The notes beneath the pieces were generated by a model, which made no database searches, was not told the origin of the DNA, and worked only from the letters and a program-made list of their open reading frames with translations. The translations under genes were made by a program, and so were the position numbers. Shown piece by piece: positions 56,374 through 64,000 of a stretch of DNA of 64,000 bases (the first letter of the stretch is position 1; each line of letters begins with the position of its first letter). Origin of the DNA: Clostridia bacterium (GTDB lineage Bacteria > Bacillota > Clostridia > Christensenellales > Aristaeellaceae); contig JAVVVJ010000002.1 in the NCBI GenBank assembly GCA_036652695.1, positions 4,257 through 68,256 of the forward strand, given 5' to 3'.

Positions 56374-56881
56374 TGGTGTATTCTTCCCTTTCCAACAGTT
56401 CAATTGGCTCTTGCGGCTCAATGACATGAACGCCCATTTTTTTGAGCTGCTCCTTTTTAGTTGCGAAGCGGTCAGCGTTGCGCACGCCAATATAGGCGCA
56501 GGGGAACAGCACGTCAAACCCTTCTTTTCGCGCGTCCAGCGCCGTGGCGGCAACGCAGCAATTCCCGTCCAAGCCGATGGTTTCAATGAGCCGCACGTTT
56601 TTTGCGCGCAGGAACGCTGAAAGCTTCCCATCGCCAAACGGACTGGCCTCCGCTTTTTCAAACACATGCCGCGAGCAGATCAACAGCCCCTCCGCAAATT
56701 CCGGCGTATAGAGCAGGCTGCGAACCTTCTTTTTGTTTTTGATGTACACAATTAGCTCGCCGCGATTCAAGCACTGCTCAATTCGCTTGTTGACATCCGC
56801 AAGCAGCGATGCGCGATATCCAAGGGATACCCGAGCACCAATGTATATCTCCTGCATATCGATTACGAAAAGAGTCTTCAT
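56330..56881 (-). CDS. Cysteine hydrolase (isochorismatase family)
   Basis: MKTLFVIDMQ carries the catalytic Asp context, and ETIGLDGNCCVAATALDA the Cys. ATG lies 10 nt after GGAGGG. Confidence 0.75.
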   Translation of the reverse strand: MKTLFVIDMQEIYIGARVSLGYRASLLADVNKRIEQCLNRGELIVYIKNKKKVRSLLYTPEFAEGLLICSRHVFEKAEASPFGDGKLSAFLRAKNVRLIETIGLDGNCCVAATALDARKEGFDVLFPCAYIGVRNADRFATKKEQLKKMGVHVIEPQEPIELLEREEYTSENTYSAHPTPFGG

Positions 56882-56905
56882 CAATCGCACCCTCCTTTGA
56901 AAATG

Positions 56906-58027
56906 CTACGCCTGCTTCGCACCCGCGTGAGGTGCGTTCCAGGGCGGAAGGATGTGGTAGTAGGCGCTCTCGCGGGCGCCATCATCATAGATCATGCGAG
57001 GCGTGCTGTTGTCTGCCGGTTGAAAGCTGGCAGGTTCTATGGGGGCATGCAAGCTGGCAAGCTCTTCCTTGGACATTTCCGCAAGCCATGCTTCCTCCTC
57101 CTGCGGCGTCCACGGCTTTTCACCGCCAGCGCGGATCTGGGCGGCAATATAAAAGCAACGCCCGGTTGCGCCTTCCCGCACGCGAAAAGCGTCCGCGAAA
57201 AATTTCAGATCGTCGGAAACGAGCGGCCATGCTGCTGCTAGGTAGCGTTTAAACAGCGGGTCGACAATCCGGCTGAAGGAAAACGCCAGCGGAAGCTGCT
57301 TTTCCCCTTGCTGCATAACAAGCGTACCATCCGTTTCGCCGTCGCTTTCGCAACCGCTGAAATACGCAACGCCTGATGTGACATATTCGTAGGTTATGTC
57401 GGCAGATGCCAGCTTGCTTCGGCTTTGCTCCGTCAGGCGAATATGATCGGCTACTGGGCGGTTGATATGGGTGCTTCCCTTCCCGCGGTTATCGCCCAGC
57501 ATAAAGGAAACCTCCAACGGAAAGGGCAGCTTCACGGGGGGAAACTTGCCGTTTTCGCCTACCCTTGGCAGCGGAAACTGCTTAAGATAGCGCAACAGGT
57601 TTTCTTCCTGAATCTGACTGGCATGAAAAAAATACACCTTGCGCTCCTCGGGATTGTCGGTATTCTCATCAGGCGCATTGATGTAGCCAAAGCCGCTTCC
57701 GGGATGGGGGGAGCCATAGAAAGCTTTGATGACGCCTGTGAGCGTCTGCGTTTGCGGCTCGTGGGCTTTGGGCGGCAAAACGACCTCGGCGATCAAGCCT
57801 TGTTCCTCCACGGCTACGCTGCACGGCTTCCATGGTGCGTTGTCAGATGGAAGATGCTCCGAATAGGCCAGCACCTCGCTCTTTCGAACCATTACGCGGC
57901 TTAAGCGCACAGGATTGCGCAGTTCAAGCGCATCCGCACTGATGGCGCTTAGCTCCCCATATTCAACGCCCCAAGCCACGCGAAGCTCATAGACATGCCC
58001 AATCAGCAAATCGCTTAAAAAATTCAT
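56906..58027 (-). CDS. Hypothetical 373-aa protein with a cold-shock/OB-like segment
   Basis: ATG at 58027 lies 7 nt after GAGGA. The segment TGVIKAFYGSPHPGSGFGYINAPDE...KVYFFHASQI resembles the CSD pattern GxVKxF...GFGFI...VFxH. I recognised nothing else. It lies 24 nt upstream of the hydrolase start at 56881 on the same strand. Confidence 0.6.
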   Translation of the reverse strand: MNFLSDLLIGHVYELRVAWGVEYGELSAISADALELRNPVRLSRVMVRKSEVLAYSEHLPSDNAPWKPCSVAVEEQGLIAEVVLPPKAHEPQTQTLTGVIKAFYGSPHPGSGFGYINAPDENTDNPEERKVYFFHASQIQEENLLRYLKQFPLPRVGENGKFPPVKLPFPLEVSFMLGDNRGKGSTHINRPVADHIRLTEQSRSKLASADITYEYVTSGVAYFSGCESDGETDGTLVMQQGEKQLPLAFSFSRIVDPLFKRYLAAAWPLVSDDLKFFADAFRVREGATGRCFYIAAQIRAGGEKPWTPQEEEAWLAEMSKEELASLHAPIEPASFQPADNSTPRMIYDDGARESAYYHILPPWNAPHAGAKQA

Positions 58028-58140
58028 TCTATCATCCTCGCATCCATTCTCATACACAGGCATTATACAAAGAACCGTAAAATTTTTCAAGTGCCTTTCT
58101 TTTTGCTTCTGCGCAGGCCGCGGATGGAAAACCAGAGCAC

Positions 58141-58169
58141 TTTACAGCACTGTGTCAGTGTGTTATGAT
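58141..58169 (+). promoter_or_regulatory. Candidate promoter of the ynbB-like gene
   Basis: TTTACA, a 17-nt spacer, then TATGAT with an upstream TG. A short CTGCCG...CGGCAG hairpin plus CTTTT follows in the leader. Confidence 0.45.
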
Positions 58170-58225
58170 TTCTGTTACTGCCGCCCTGCGTCGGCAGCTT
58201 TTAGCAAGAAAGGAAATCAAGTCAA

Positions 58226-59458
58226 ATGAAAGAAATGATTCAGGCAGCGGAAAAACGCTGTCAGCAGCTCTTTGAACAGATTGATGAGATTGCGCTGGCA
58301 AACACCGAAAAGGTGCTGAACATCATGCAGAGCCATCAAGTGGCGGCTCGCCATTTTGCGCCCACCACCGGCTATGGCTATGACGATGTTGGCCGTGACA
58401 CGCTTGAGCTGCTTTTTGCTGATTTGTTTGAGGCAGACGCCGCCATTGTGCGCCCGCAAATCGCTTCTGGCACGCATGCGCTTTCCATGTGCCTGTTCGG
58501 GCTGCTTCGTCCGGGCGACGAGCTGATGTACGCATCAGACGCACCCTATGACACGTTGGAGGAGGTCATTGGCGTGCGCGGTTGCCCGCCCGGCTCCTTG
58601 CGTGAGATGGGCGTAAGCTATGCGCAGGTACCGCTGAATGCGCAAGGAGAGCTGGATATTCCTGCAATTCGTGCCAAAATGAAGCCCTGCACGCGCGTGG
58701 TGGCCGTGCAGCGCAGCCGAGGCTATTCTTCGCGCCCTAGCCTGCCCCCGCAGGCGGTGAAGCCGCTTGCGGATATGCTACACCGCGAGTTTCCCACCGC
58801 CTGCCTCATGGTGGATAATTGCTATGGCGAATTCGTGTGCGAAAAAGAGCCCACGCAATTTGGCGCAGACGTCTGCGTTGGAAGCCTGATTAAAAACCCG
58901 GGGGGTGGATTGGCTCCCACGGGCGGCTATATCGTTGGCAGACAGGCATTGATTGATCGCGTGAGCTATCGGCTAACAGCCCCCGGCATCGGGCGTGAGG
59001 TTGGCAGCTACGCGGGCAGCTATCAGCCGTTTTATCAGGGGCTGTTTATCGCGCCGCATGTGGTGGCACAGGCCCTCAAAACAGCTACGCTTGCCGCTGC
59101 CATCTTTGATTCGCTCGGTATGAAAACCACTCCGGCGCTTGGCGAGGCGCGTACGGATATCATTCAGGCGCTGGAGCTTGGCACACCGGAACACTTGATT
59201 GCCTTTTGCGAGGGGATTCAGTTGGCTTCGCCAATCGACAGCATGGCTGTGCCGGAGCCTTGGGCGATGCCCGGCTACCAGCATCAGGTGATCATGGCGG
59301 CGGGCACGTTTGTGAGCGGCGCTTCCATTGAGCTTAGCGCGGACGCGCCCATGCGCGAGCCGTATACCGTATTTTTGCAGGGCGGGCTTACCTACAGCCA
59401 CGGCAAGCTTGCGCTTGCGCGCACGCTTGCGCATATGCAAAAAAAAGGCTGCCTGTAA
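58226..59458 (+). CDS. Methionine gamma-lyase family protein (YnbB-like, PLP-dependent; 'aluminium resistance' family)
   Basis: HFAPTTGYGYDDVGRDTLE...IVRPQIASGTHAL...VQRSRGYS...GSLIKNPGGGLAPTGGY. Confidence 0.8.
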   Translation: MKEMIQAAEKRCQQLFEQIDEIALANTEKVLNIMQSHQVAARHFAPTTGYGYDDVGRDTLELLFADLFEADAAIVRPQIASGTHALSMCLFGLLRPGDELMYASDAPYDTLEEVIGVRGCPPGSLREMGVSYAQVPLNAQGELDIPAIRAKMKPCTRVVAVQRSRGYSSRPSLPPQAVKPLADMLHREFPTACLMVDNCYGEFVCEKEPTQFGADVCVGSLIKNPGGGLAPTGGYIVGRQALIDRVSYRLTAPGIGREVGSYAGSYQPFYQGLFIAPHVVAQALKTATLAAAIFDSLGMKTTPALGEARTDIIQALELGTPEHLIAFCEGIQLASPIDSMAVPEPWAMPGYQHQVIMAAGTFVSGASIELSADAPMREPYTVFLQGGLTYSHGKLALARTLAHMQKKGCL

Positions 59459-59521
59459 GCCTTTGAACAGGATCAGACGATTCTGTATCTTGTAGAGGAA
59501 TCAAATTCACAAACGCTTCTT

Positions 59522-59566
59522 TCCCTCCCAGCCGCTACATATGCTGTTGCTGGGAGGGATTTTTTT
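59522..59566 (+). terminator. Rho-independent terminator after the ynbB-like gene
   Basis: An 11-bp stem, TCCCTCCCAGC / GCTGGGAGGGA, followed by T7. Confidence 0.8.
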
Positions 59567-59591
59567 GAACCGTCAAACCGAAGTAAGGAAC

Positions 59592-60257
59592 ATGAAGCTA
59601 AAAGAGGAACGCCTGCTTTTGAGCGAGCGCGAGCAGGCATGCCCGGAACTGATTGAGTATCCACCCGAGCGCGGCTTTGGCAGACGCTTGCTGCAAACCG
59701 ACAAGCTCATTCGCAATCTGGCGGTCGTGGGCGGGCTGCTGCTGACCCTTGTCGCGGTGAAAAATGCGGACACGCCGCAATCGCAGAGCGTCTTTTCAGC
59801 GCTTCAGGACAGCGTACACATGGAATGGGATGAAAGCCTTGGCAAACTGAGCTTTGTTAACAGCTATCTGCCCGAAAGCCTGCAAGCCGTGTGGAGTGAG
59901 CGCGAAAGCGTTACGGTGCTCGCGCCCATGGTGGGCGAAACCGTACACGCTTGGAGCGAGGCAGAACCATATCTGGAGCTGCAAAGCGCCGTGACGGATG
60001 TGCGTGTAGCGGCGGATGGCGAAGTGATGAGCATTGCCCACGGCATGGGCGAGGAGCGAATCGTGCGCGTGCGCCACGATGACGAAACCGAATCCATTTA
60101 TGGAAACCTGCTGGTTTGCTATGCGGAGGTGGGCGACCGCGTGTATGCGGGCGACATCATCGCGCGCGTTCCAGATGACGTGCCGCTTGCCTTTGAGCTG
60201 CGCCGGGATGGCCGCTCCATCAATCCCGAGGGGCTGCTGATGCCGCATAAGGAATGA
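59592..60257 (+). CDS. spoIVFA: M23/LytM-domain protein, SpoIVFA-like
   Basis: One TM segment (LAVVGGLLLTLVAV) and a C-terminal degenerate M23 domain (VRVRHDDETESIYGNL...VGDRVYAGDIIA). The gene is translationally coupled (ATGA) to spoIVFB. The start was chosen downstream of the terminator. Confidence 0.7.
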   Translation: MKLKEERLLLSEREQACPELIEYPPERGFGRRLLQTDKLIRNLAVVGGLLLTLVAVKNADTPQSQSVFSALQDSVHMEWDESLGKLSFVNSYLPESLQAVWSERESVTVLAPMVGETVHAWSEAEPYLELQSAVTDVRVAADGEVMSIAHGMGEERIVRVRHDDETESIYGNLLVCYAEVGDRVYAGDIIARVPDDVPLAFELRRDGRSINPEGLLMPHKE

Positions 60258-61096
60258 GTGCGGGCACAATGAAGCTTTCCTTCCGCGTGCACCCCGCCGG
60301 ATATTGGATGCTGGCGGCGGCGCTGTTCTTTGGACACGCGGAGCTGGTGCTGGCCGCGCTGCTCGCGCTTGCGTGGCACGAGGGCGCACACCTGTTGGCC
60401 ATGGCGCTTTCGGGCGTGAAGCGCTGCCGGATTGAGCTTACTCCCTTTGGCGGCGTGGCAGACGCTGCGGACTTTGAACGCCTTTCGCCGGGCAAACAGG
60501 CATTCATTGCGCTGGCGGGCGTATGCATGAGCGCGCTTGGCGGGTTTGTGTGCATGCGCCTTCTGCCGCGCGAGCCGTTTTGGATCGCCTTTGGAAACAC
60601 TCATTTTTCGCTGGCGCTGCTCAACGCGCTGCCCGTATGGCCGTTGGATGGCGCTCGTGCGCTGTATGCCGCCGCCGCGTGCTTTGGCGTGCAAACCGCG
60701 TTCAGGCGGGTCATGCGCTGGCTTGCCTATGCGTTTGCGGCTCTGCTTCTTGCGCTTGGGCTATACGGCGTATGGCACGGGCATATGAATGCCTCGCTGT
60801 TTTTGCTTGCGCCCTACCTGTGCTACGCGGCGCGCGAAAGCACGCTCGGGCTTGGGGTACGGCATATGCAACGGGCGCAGGACGCGCAGGGAAAGCTGAG
60901 CGTCCGCGTACCCGTGCTGCCCATACGCGCCATCGCCGCCGCAAAGGAGCCATCGGCGCTGGAGCTTACACGCCTCATGTCCCAAATGCCCTGTGAAAAG
61001 TATCATCTGCTGTGCATCATCAACACCGAAAGCGGAAAAATTGAAAATGTGCTTACAGAGCATGATCTGGCACGAAAGTTGTTCTCTCATACGTAA
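60254..61096 (+). CDS. spoIVFB: Site-2 (M50) intramembrane metalloprotease, SpoIVFB-like, with a C-terminal CBS-like domain
   Basis: HExxH is present as AWHEGAHLLAM. NALPVWPLDGARAL is the second metal-ligand motif. Multiple TM helices are present. Confidence 0.8.
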   Translation: MSAGTMKLSFRVHPAGYWMLAAALFFGHAELVLAALLALAWHEGAHLLAMALSGVKRCRIELTPFGGVADAADFERLSPGKQAFIALAGVCMSALGGFVCMRLLPREPFWIAFGNTHFSLALLNALPVWPLDGARALYAAAACFGVQTAFRRVMRWLAYAFAALLLALGLYGVWHGHMNASLFLLAPYLCYAARESTLGLGVRHMQRAQDAQGKLSVRVPVLPIRAIAAAKEPSALELTRLMSQMPCEKYHLLCIINTESGKIENVLTEHDLARKLFSHT

Positions 61097-61127
61097 TATT
61101 CAAGAATAACATGATTTGGATGATCAT

Positions 61128-61156
61128 TTGAATAGACAAAGACGTCGAATTATGAT
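61128..61156 (+). promoter_or_regulatory. Candidate promoter of the SpoIID-domain gene
   Basis: TTGAAT (61128-61133), a 17-nt spacer, then TATGAT (61151-61156). Confidence 0.45.
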
Positions 61157-61211
61157 ACAATTCAAATAGTTACGAAAGTATTACGCAACGAACAAAGGGG
61201 GACGCTATTCC

Positions 61212-64000
61212 ATGCCAAAGCACACCGCGAGGAATGTACGAAAGATAGCTGTCACCTTGCTGATGATTTTCTGCCTGCTAAGCCCAAGCCTTTGCACGGC
61301 CTTTGCCACTTCCCTTGAAACGGTACAGGTGCTGTCCGCACCGCTCACCACCCGCTCCAATGCCACAAACGGCATGGTACGGGTCTATCTTTCGTCCCTG
61401 GGTAACCCCGGCACGCTGAACCTGACGGTGGCCGGCAGCTACAGCATTAACGGAAATACCTCGCAAGCCCTGTCCAGCGGTAGTGCGTTGACGGTTGGCT
61501 TTAGCAGCTCCACGGGCGCGATCACGCTCACCCATAACGGCGTGAAAACCAATATGGGCACCTACTTTGCTTTACGCCGTCACAGCGCCACTGGCACAAA
61601 CGGCATCAAGATCAGCCAAGCGAAGGAGAGCGGAAATCCCTACCCGGGCGATCTTTCTTTTCAAGCGGTCAAGCAGTCCGGCGGCGGGTATAAGCTGTAT
61701 ACGGTGGCGCATATCTATATTGAGAATTATCTATATGGCGTACTGCCCTATGAAATGGGCAACTCCACCAACATCGAGGCGCTCAAGGCGCAGGCAGTCG
61801 CTGCGCGCACCTATACCGTGCGCATGATGCAGAACCGCAGCTCTGGTTATTATGACGTGGTGGATACCACAAACGATCAGGTCTACAGGGGCACCCCCAG
61901 CGGAAATTCCAACTGTGTAACCGCCGTGGACGCGACCAAGGGCATTGTGCTCATGTATGGCTCCAATTACATTACCACCTATTATTCCGCAAGCAACGGC
62001 GGGCAAACGGAATCCCTCTCAAACGCGTGGGGGCAGAGCAACAACGGCTACCTCATTGTGAAGGATGACCCCTTTGATTATGCCAATCCAAGCTCCACCG
62101 TTAAAAAAACCACGGTTTCCGCCAATTTGACCAGCGGTTCCAACAACGCCGCTCTTCTTTCGTTGCTGAAAACAAAGGCGGTCAATGCGCTCAAGCAAAG
62201 CGGTTATGCCGCCACCACCGCCAATACAACGCTTCAAACGCTGAAGAGCGTTACGCCGCATACGCCCAAATTCGGTGCGCCAAGCCGTTTGTACACCAAA
62301 ATGGATTTTACCATCCTCGCAAGCACCCTATCCTCCGGCGGTTCTAGCACAACCGCTACCGTGACGGTCACCTGCGATATTTTCAGCGAGCTGGAAGGCA
62401 TGCTCTCCATGAGCATCCAATCCTCCAAAAATGAGCTGTGGAACGTTGGAAAAAACGGAACATCCTTTGTGCTTCAAGCGCGCCGATATGGCCACGGTTT
62501 GGGCATGAGCCAGCGCGGAGCGATGTACATGGCAAAGCTTGGCTATCGCTATGATGAAATTCTTGGTTTCTACTATACCGATTGCAAGCGTGTGCAGCAC
62601 AGTTTTACCAATACCATTTTGAACGCAGGTTCCGGGGATACCATCACCAATGTGGAGGATCCTGCGGAAATTCCGCAGGAGGATGGCACGGCCTGCAAGG
62701 GCACCGTCAAGCTTGTAAACGCCAGCGCAACGCTCGCCATACGCACCAGCCGAGCCACGGATGCAAGCATCGTGGGCACAGCTGGCAACGGCGCGATGGT
62801 CAACGTTCTTACAAACGATGGCACATGGTGCTTCATCCAATATGGCAGTCTCAAGGGCTATGTGCCCACCAACGCGTTGCGCATCACGGGCACGCCCAAC
62901 GGGCAGGAGGACGCGCCGAGCGTGATTTCCGGCTTTGCCACCGTGACCGCGAACGATTATGTGAACCTCCGCTCCGCAGGCAGCATGGATGCATCGGTGC
63001 TGAGCACCGCGCCAAAGGGCGCTATACTCACGGTGTTCAGTGTATCTGGCGCTTGGGCGCATGTGCAGTATTGCGCCACCACGGCCTACGTACACACCAA
63101 TTTTCTCTCCATTTCGAGCAGTTACCCATCCGGCGTTGTATCCTCTGGCAGCGCAACGGCTACCGTGAGTGCGGAGGAAGGCATCAACGAGGTCAGCCTC
63201 CGCGCGTCCGCCTCCACAAACGCCGCCGTGATCCTATCCATCCCAGTAGGCGCAGAGGTTAGCGTGTCATCGGATGATGGCTCGTGGAGCGTGGTTGTAT
63301 ATCAAGGAACCAACGGCTATCTTCTTTCCGCAAACCTGTCCTACAGCGGCGAAAGCCTAGACCCCAACCAGCCCAATGAGGGTGGCGGAACGGACGGGGG
63401 CGGCACGGACGGGGGCGGCACAGAGCCGCCAGCACCCGGAACAGAGACGAAGGCAATTGTCACCACGGAGAGCGGCTCGCTCAACATGCGTGCTGAACCC
63501 AAGGCGGGCAGCCTAGTTGTAACGACCATTCCGCGCGGCACGGAGGTTTTGGTAACCTCTATCGGCGAGGCATGGTGCGGCGTGCGCTACAATGGCTATA
63601 CCGGCTATGTGATGGCAAGCTTCCTCACCTATTCCGGGGATACCATAACGCCTCCGACAACACCTCCCGATCTGCCGCAGGGCGAAAATATCGCTCATGT
63701 GACCACCCAAAGCGGTTCGCTTAACCTGCGTGCAGAGCCACGCGCGGGTAGCCAAATTCTGCGCACCATTCCCCGCAATGCCACCGTAACGGTGCTCGCG
63801 CGGGGAGCGGAATGGTGCGGCGTAAGCTATGAAAACAACGTTGGCTATGTGATGAGCGCGTTTTTGACCTTTGATGCTACCAATGGCGAGGGCGAAAGCC
63901 CCGGTGAAGGCGATAGCTCCACAGAGCCAGGCCAGCCAACCGACCCGCCCGCCGGAAATGACCCGGACGAGCCCATCACCCCGGATACCGGCGGCGAAAA
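61212..64000 (+). CDS. Secreted SpoIID/LytB-domain protein followed by five SH3b (SH3_3) repeats (3' end beyond the window)
   Basis: ATG follows AAGGGGGA, and a signal peptide is present. YLYGVLPYEMG...ALKAQAVAARTY...YYSASNGGQTE...GHGLGMSQRGA is the SpoIID domain. Five modules of about 60 aa end in GYV/GYL...L (for example SGSLNMRAEPKAGS...GYVMASFL). The frame is open to the window end. Confidence 0.8.
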   Translation, partial: MPKHTARNVRKIAVTLLMIFCLLSPSLCTAFATSLETVQVLSAPLTTRSNATNGMVRVYLSSLGNPGTLNLTVAGSYSINGNTSQALSSGSALTVGFSSSTGAITLTHNGVKTNMGTYFALRRHSATGTNGIKISQAKESGNPYPGDLSFQAVKQSGGGYKLYTVAHIYIENYLYGVLPYEMGNSTNIEALKAQAVAARTYTVRMMQNRSSGYYDVVDTTNDQVYRGTPSGNSNCVTAVDATKGIVLMYGSNYITTYYSASNGGQTESLSNAWGQSNNGYLIVKDDPFDYANPSSTVKKTTVSANLTSGSNNAALLSLLKTKAVNALKQSGYAATTANTTLQTLKSVTPHTPKFGAPSRLYTKMDFTILASTLSSGGSSTTATVTVTCDIFSELEGMLSMSIQSSKNELWNVGKNGTSFVLQARRYGHGLGMSQRGAMYMAKLGYRYDEILGFYYTDCKRVQHSFTNTILNAGSGDTITNVEDPAEIPQEDGTACKGTVKLVNASATLAIRTSRATDASIVGTAGNGAMVNVLTNDGTWCFIQYGSLKGYVPTNALRITGTPNGQEDAPSVISGFATVTANDYVNLRSAGSMDASVLSTAPKGAILTVFSVSGAWAHVQYCATTAYVHTNFLSISSSYPSGVVSSGSATATVSAEEGINEVSLRASASTNAAVILSIPVGAEVSVSSDDGSWSVVVYQGTNGYLLSANLSYSGESLDPNQPNEGGGTDGGGTDGGGTEPPAPGTETKAIVTTESGSLNMRAEPKAGSLVVTTIPRGTEVLVTSIGEAWCGVRYNGYTGYVMASFLTYSGDTITPPTTPPDLPQGENIAHVTTQSGSLNLRAEPRAGSQILRTIPRNATVTVLARGAEWCGVSYENNVGYVMSAFLTFDATNGEGESPGEGDSSTEPGQPTDPPAGNDPDEPITPDTGGE
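63384..63425 (+). repeat. 15-bp microsatellite-like tandem repeat (about 2.8 copies) encoding GGTDGGGTDGGGTE in an inter-SH3 linker
   Basis: GGCGGAACGGACGGG, GGCGGCACGGACGGG, GGCGGCACAGAG. Confidence 0.6.

Noticed and set aside
56374-56667. An N-terminal extension of the XdhC-family ORF (track ORF 55336-56667).
   Set aside because: The extension overlaps the isochorismatase-family gene in another frame and has an implausible Cys/Arg-rich sequence. A GTG at 56373 with a good RBS starts right before the conserved XdhC_CoxI N-terminal domain.
58170-58225. The leader hairpin CTGCCG-N8-CGGCAG plus CTTTT upstream of the ynbB-like gene, as a possible attenuator or riboswitch.
   Set aside because: The stem is only 6 bp with a weak U-tract, in a leader of about 55 nt. 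No T-box, SAM or other riboswitch core sequences are recognisable, so it is too weak to call.
1-64000. A scan for defence systems, toxin-antitoxin pairs, CRISPR arrays, integrases, transposases, prophage genes, tRNA/rRNA genes, and large inverted or direct repeats marking islands.
   Set aside because: None was found. Every large ORF has a metabolic, housekeeping or sporulation assignment. The only repeats are the intragenic 366-bp duplication, the SH3b modules and a 15-bp linker repeat. The window looks like core chromosome.

Overview
The window reads as a GC-rich core-chromosome segment of a spore-forming Firmicute, probably a Clostridia-class gut anaerobe. That assignment rests on spoIVFA/spoIVFB, a SpoIID-domain protein and Gram-positive RBS and promoter signatures. 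Gene density is high and nearly every gene has a recognisable family.

Gene content in order:
- The 5' 849 codons of a GH38 alpha-mannosidase (- strand, running off the left edge).
- A monocistronic membrane-anchored protein with four FMN-binding domains, containing a near-perfect 366-bp tandem duplication.
- A housekeeping array syntenic with B. subtilis: rbgA-rnhB-[1390-aa glycosyltransferase fusion]-comM-dprA-topA-trmFO-[alpha/beta-hydrolase-like]-hslV-hslU.
- A BMP-family nucleoside-type ABC transporter (- strand).
- A divergent 10-gene + strand array: ribose-type sugar ABC transporter, two Gfo/Idh/MocA oxidoreductases, a xylose-isomerase-like TIM-barrel protein, an MtaD-like deaminase and three glycosyltransferases.
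- psuG-psuK-mgtC-lexA on the - strand, preceded by a free-standing NrdD-type glycyl-radical mini-protein.
- A roughly 13-kb purine and molybdenum-hydroxylase supraoperon: guaD, xdh large/FAD/2Fe-2S subunits, modABC, mog, moaA, moaC, MOSC, yqeC and yqeB. It faces a convergent xdhC-family accessory gene, a cysteine hydrolase and an orphan.
- ynbB-like, spoIVFA-spoIVFB, and a SpoIID-domain protein with five SH3b repeats that runs off the right edge.

I saw no rRNA, tRNA, CRISPR array, transposase, integrase, prophage genes or recognisable defence system. The window looks like core genome, not an accessory island.

The most unusual items:
- The stand-alone NrdD-type glycyl-radical tail next to lexA.
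- The CBM plus double GT-C fusion protein.
- The 4x FMN-binding protein with a very recent internal duplication.
- The orphan proteins attached to the selenium-type Mo-hydroxylase locus.
- The keto-sugar-type oxidoreductase/isomerase transport cluster.

All functional calls come from motif and family recognition by eye. No database search was run.
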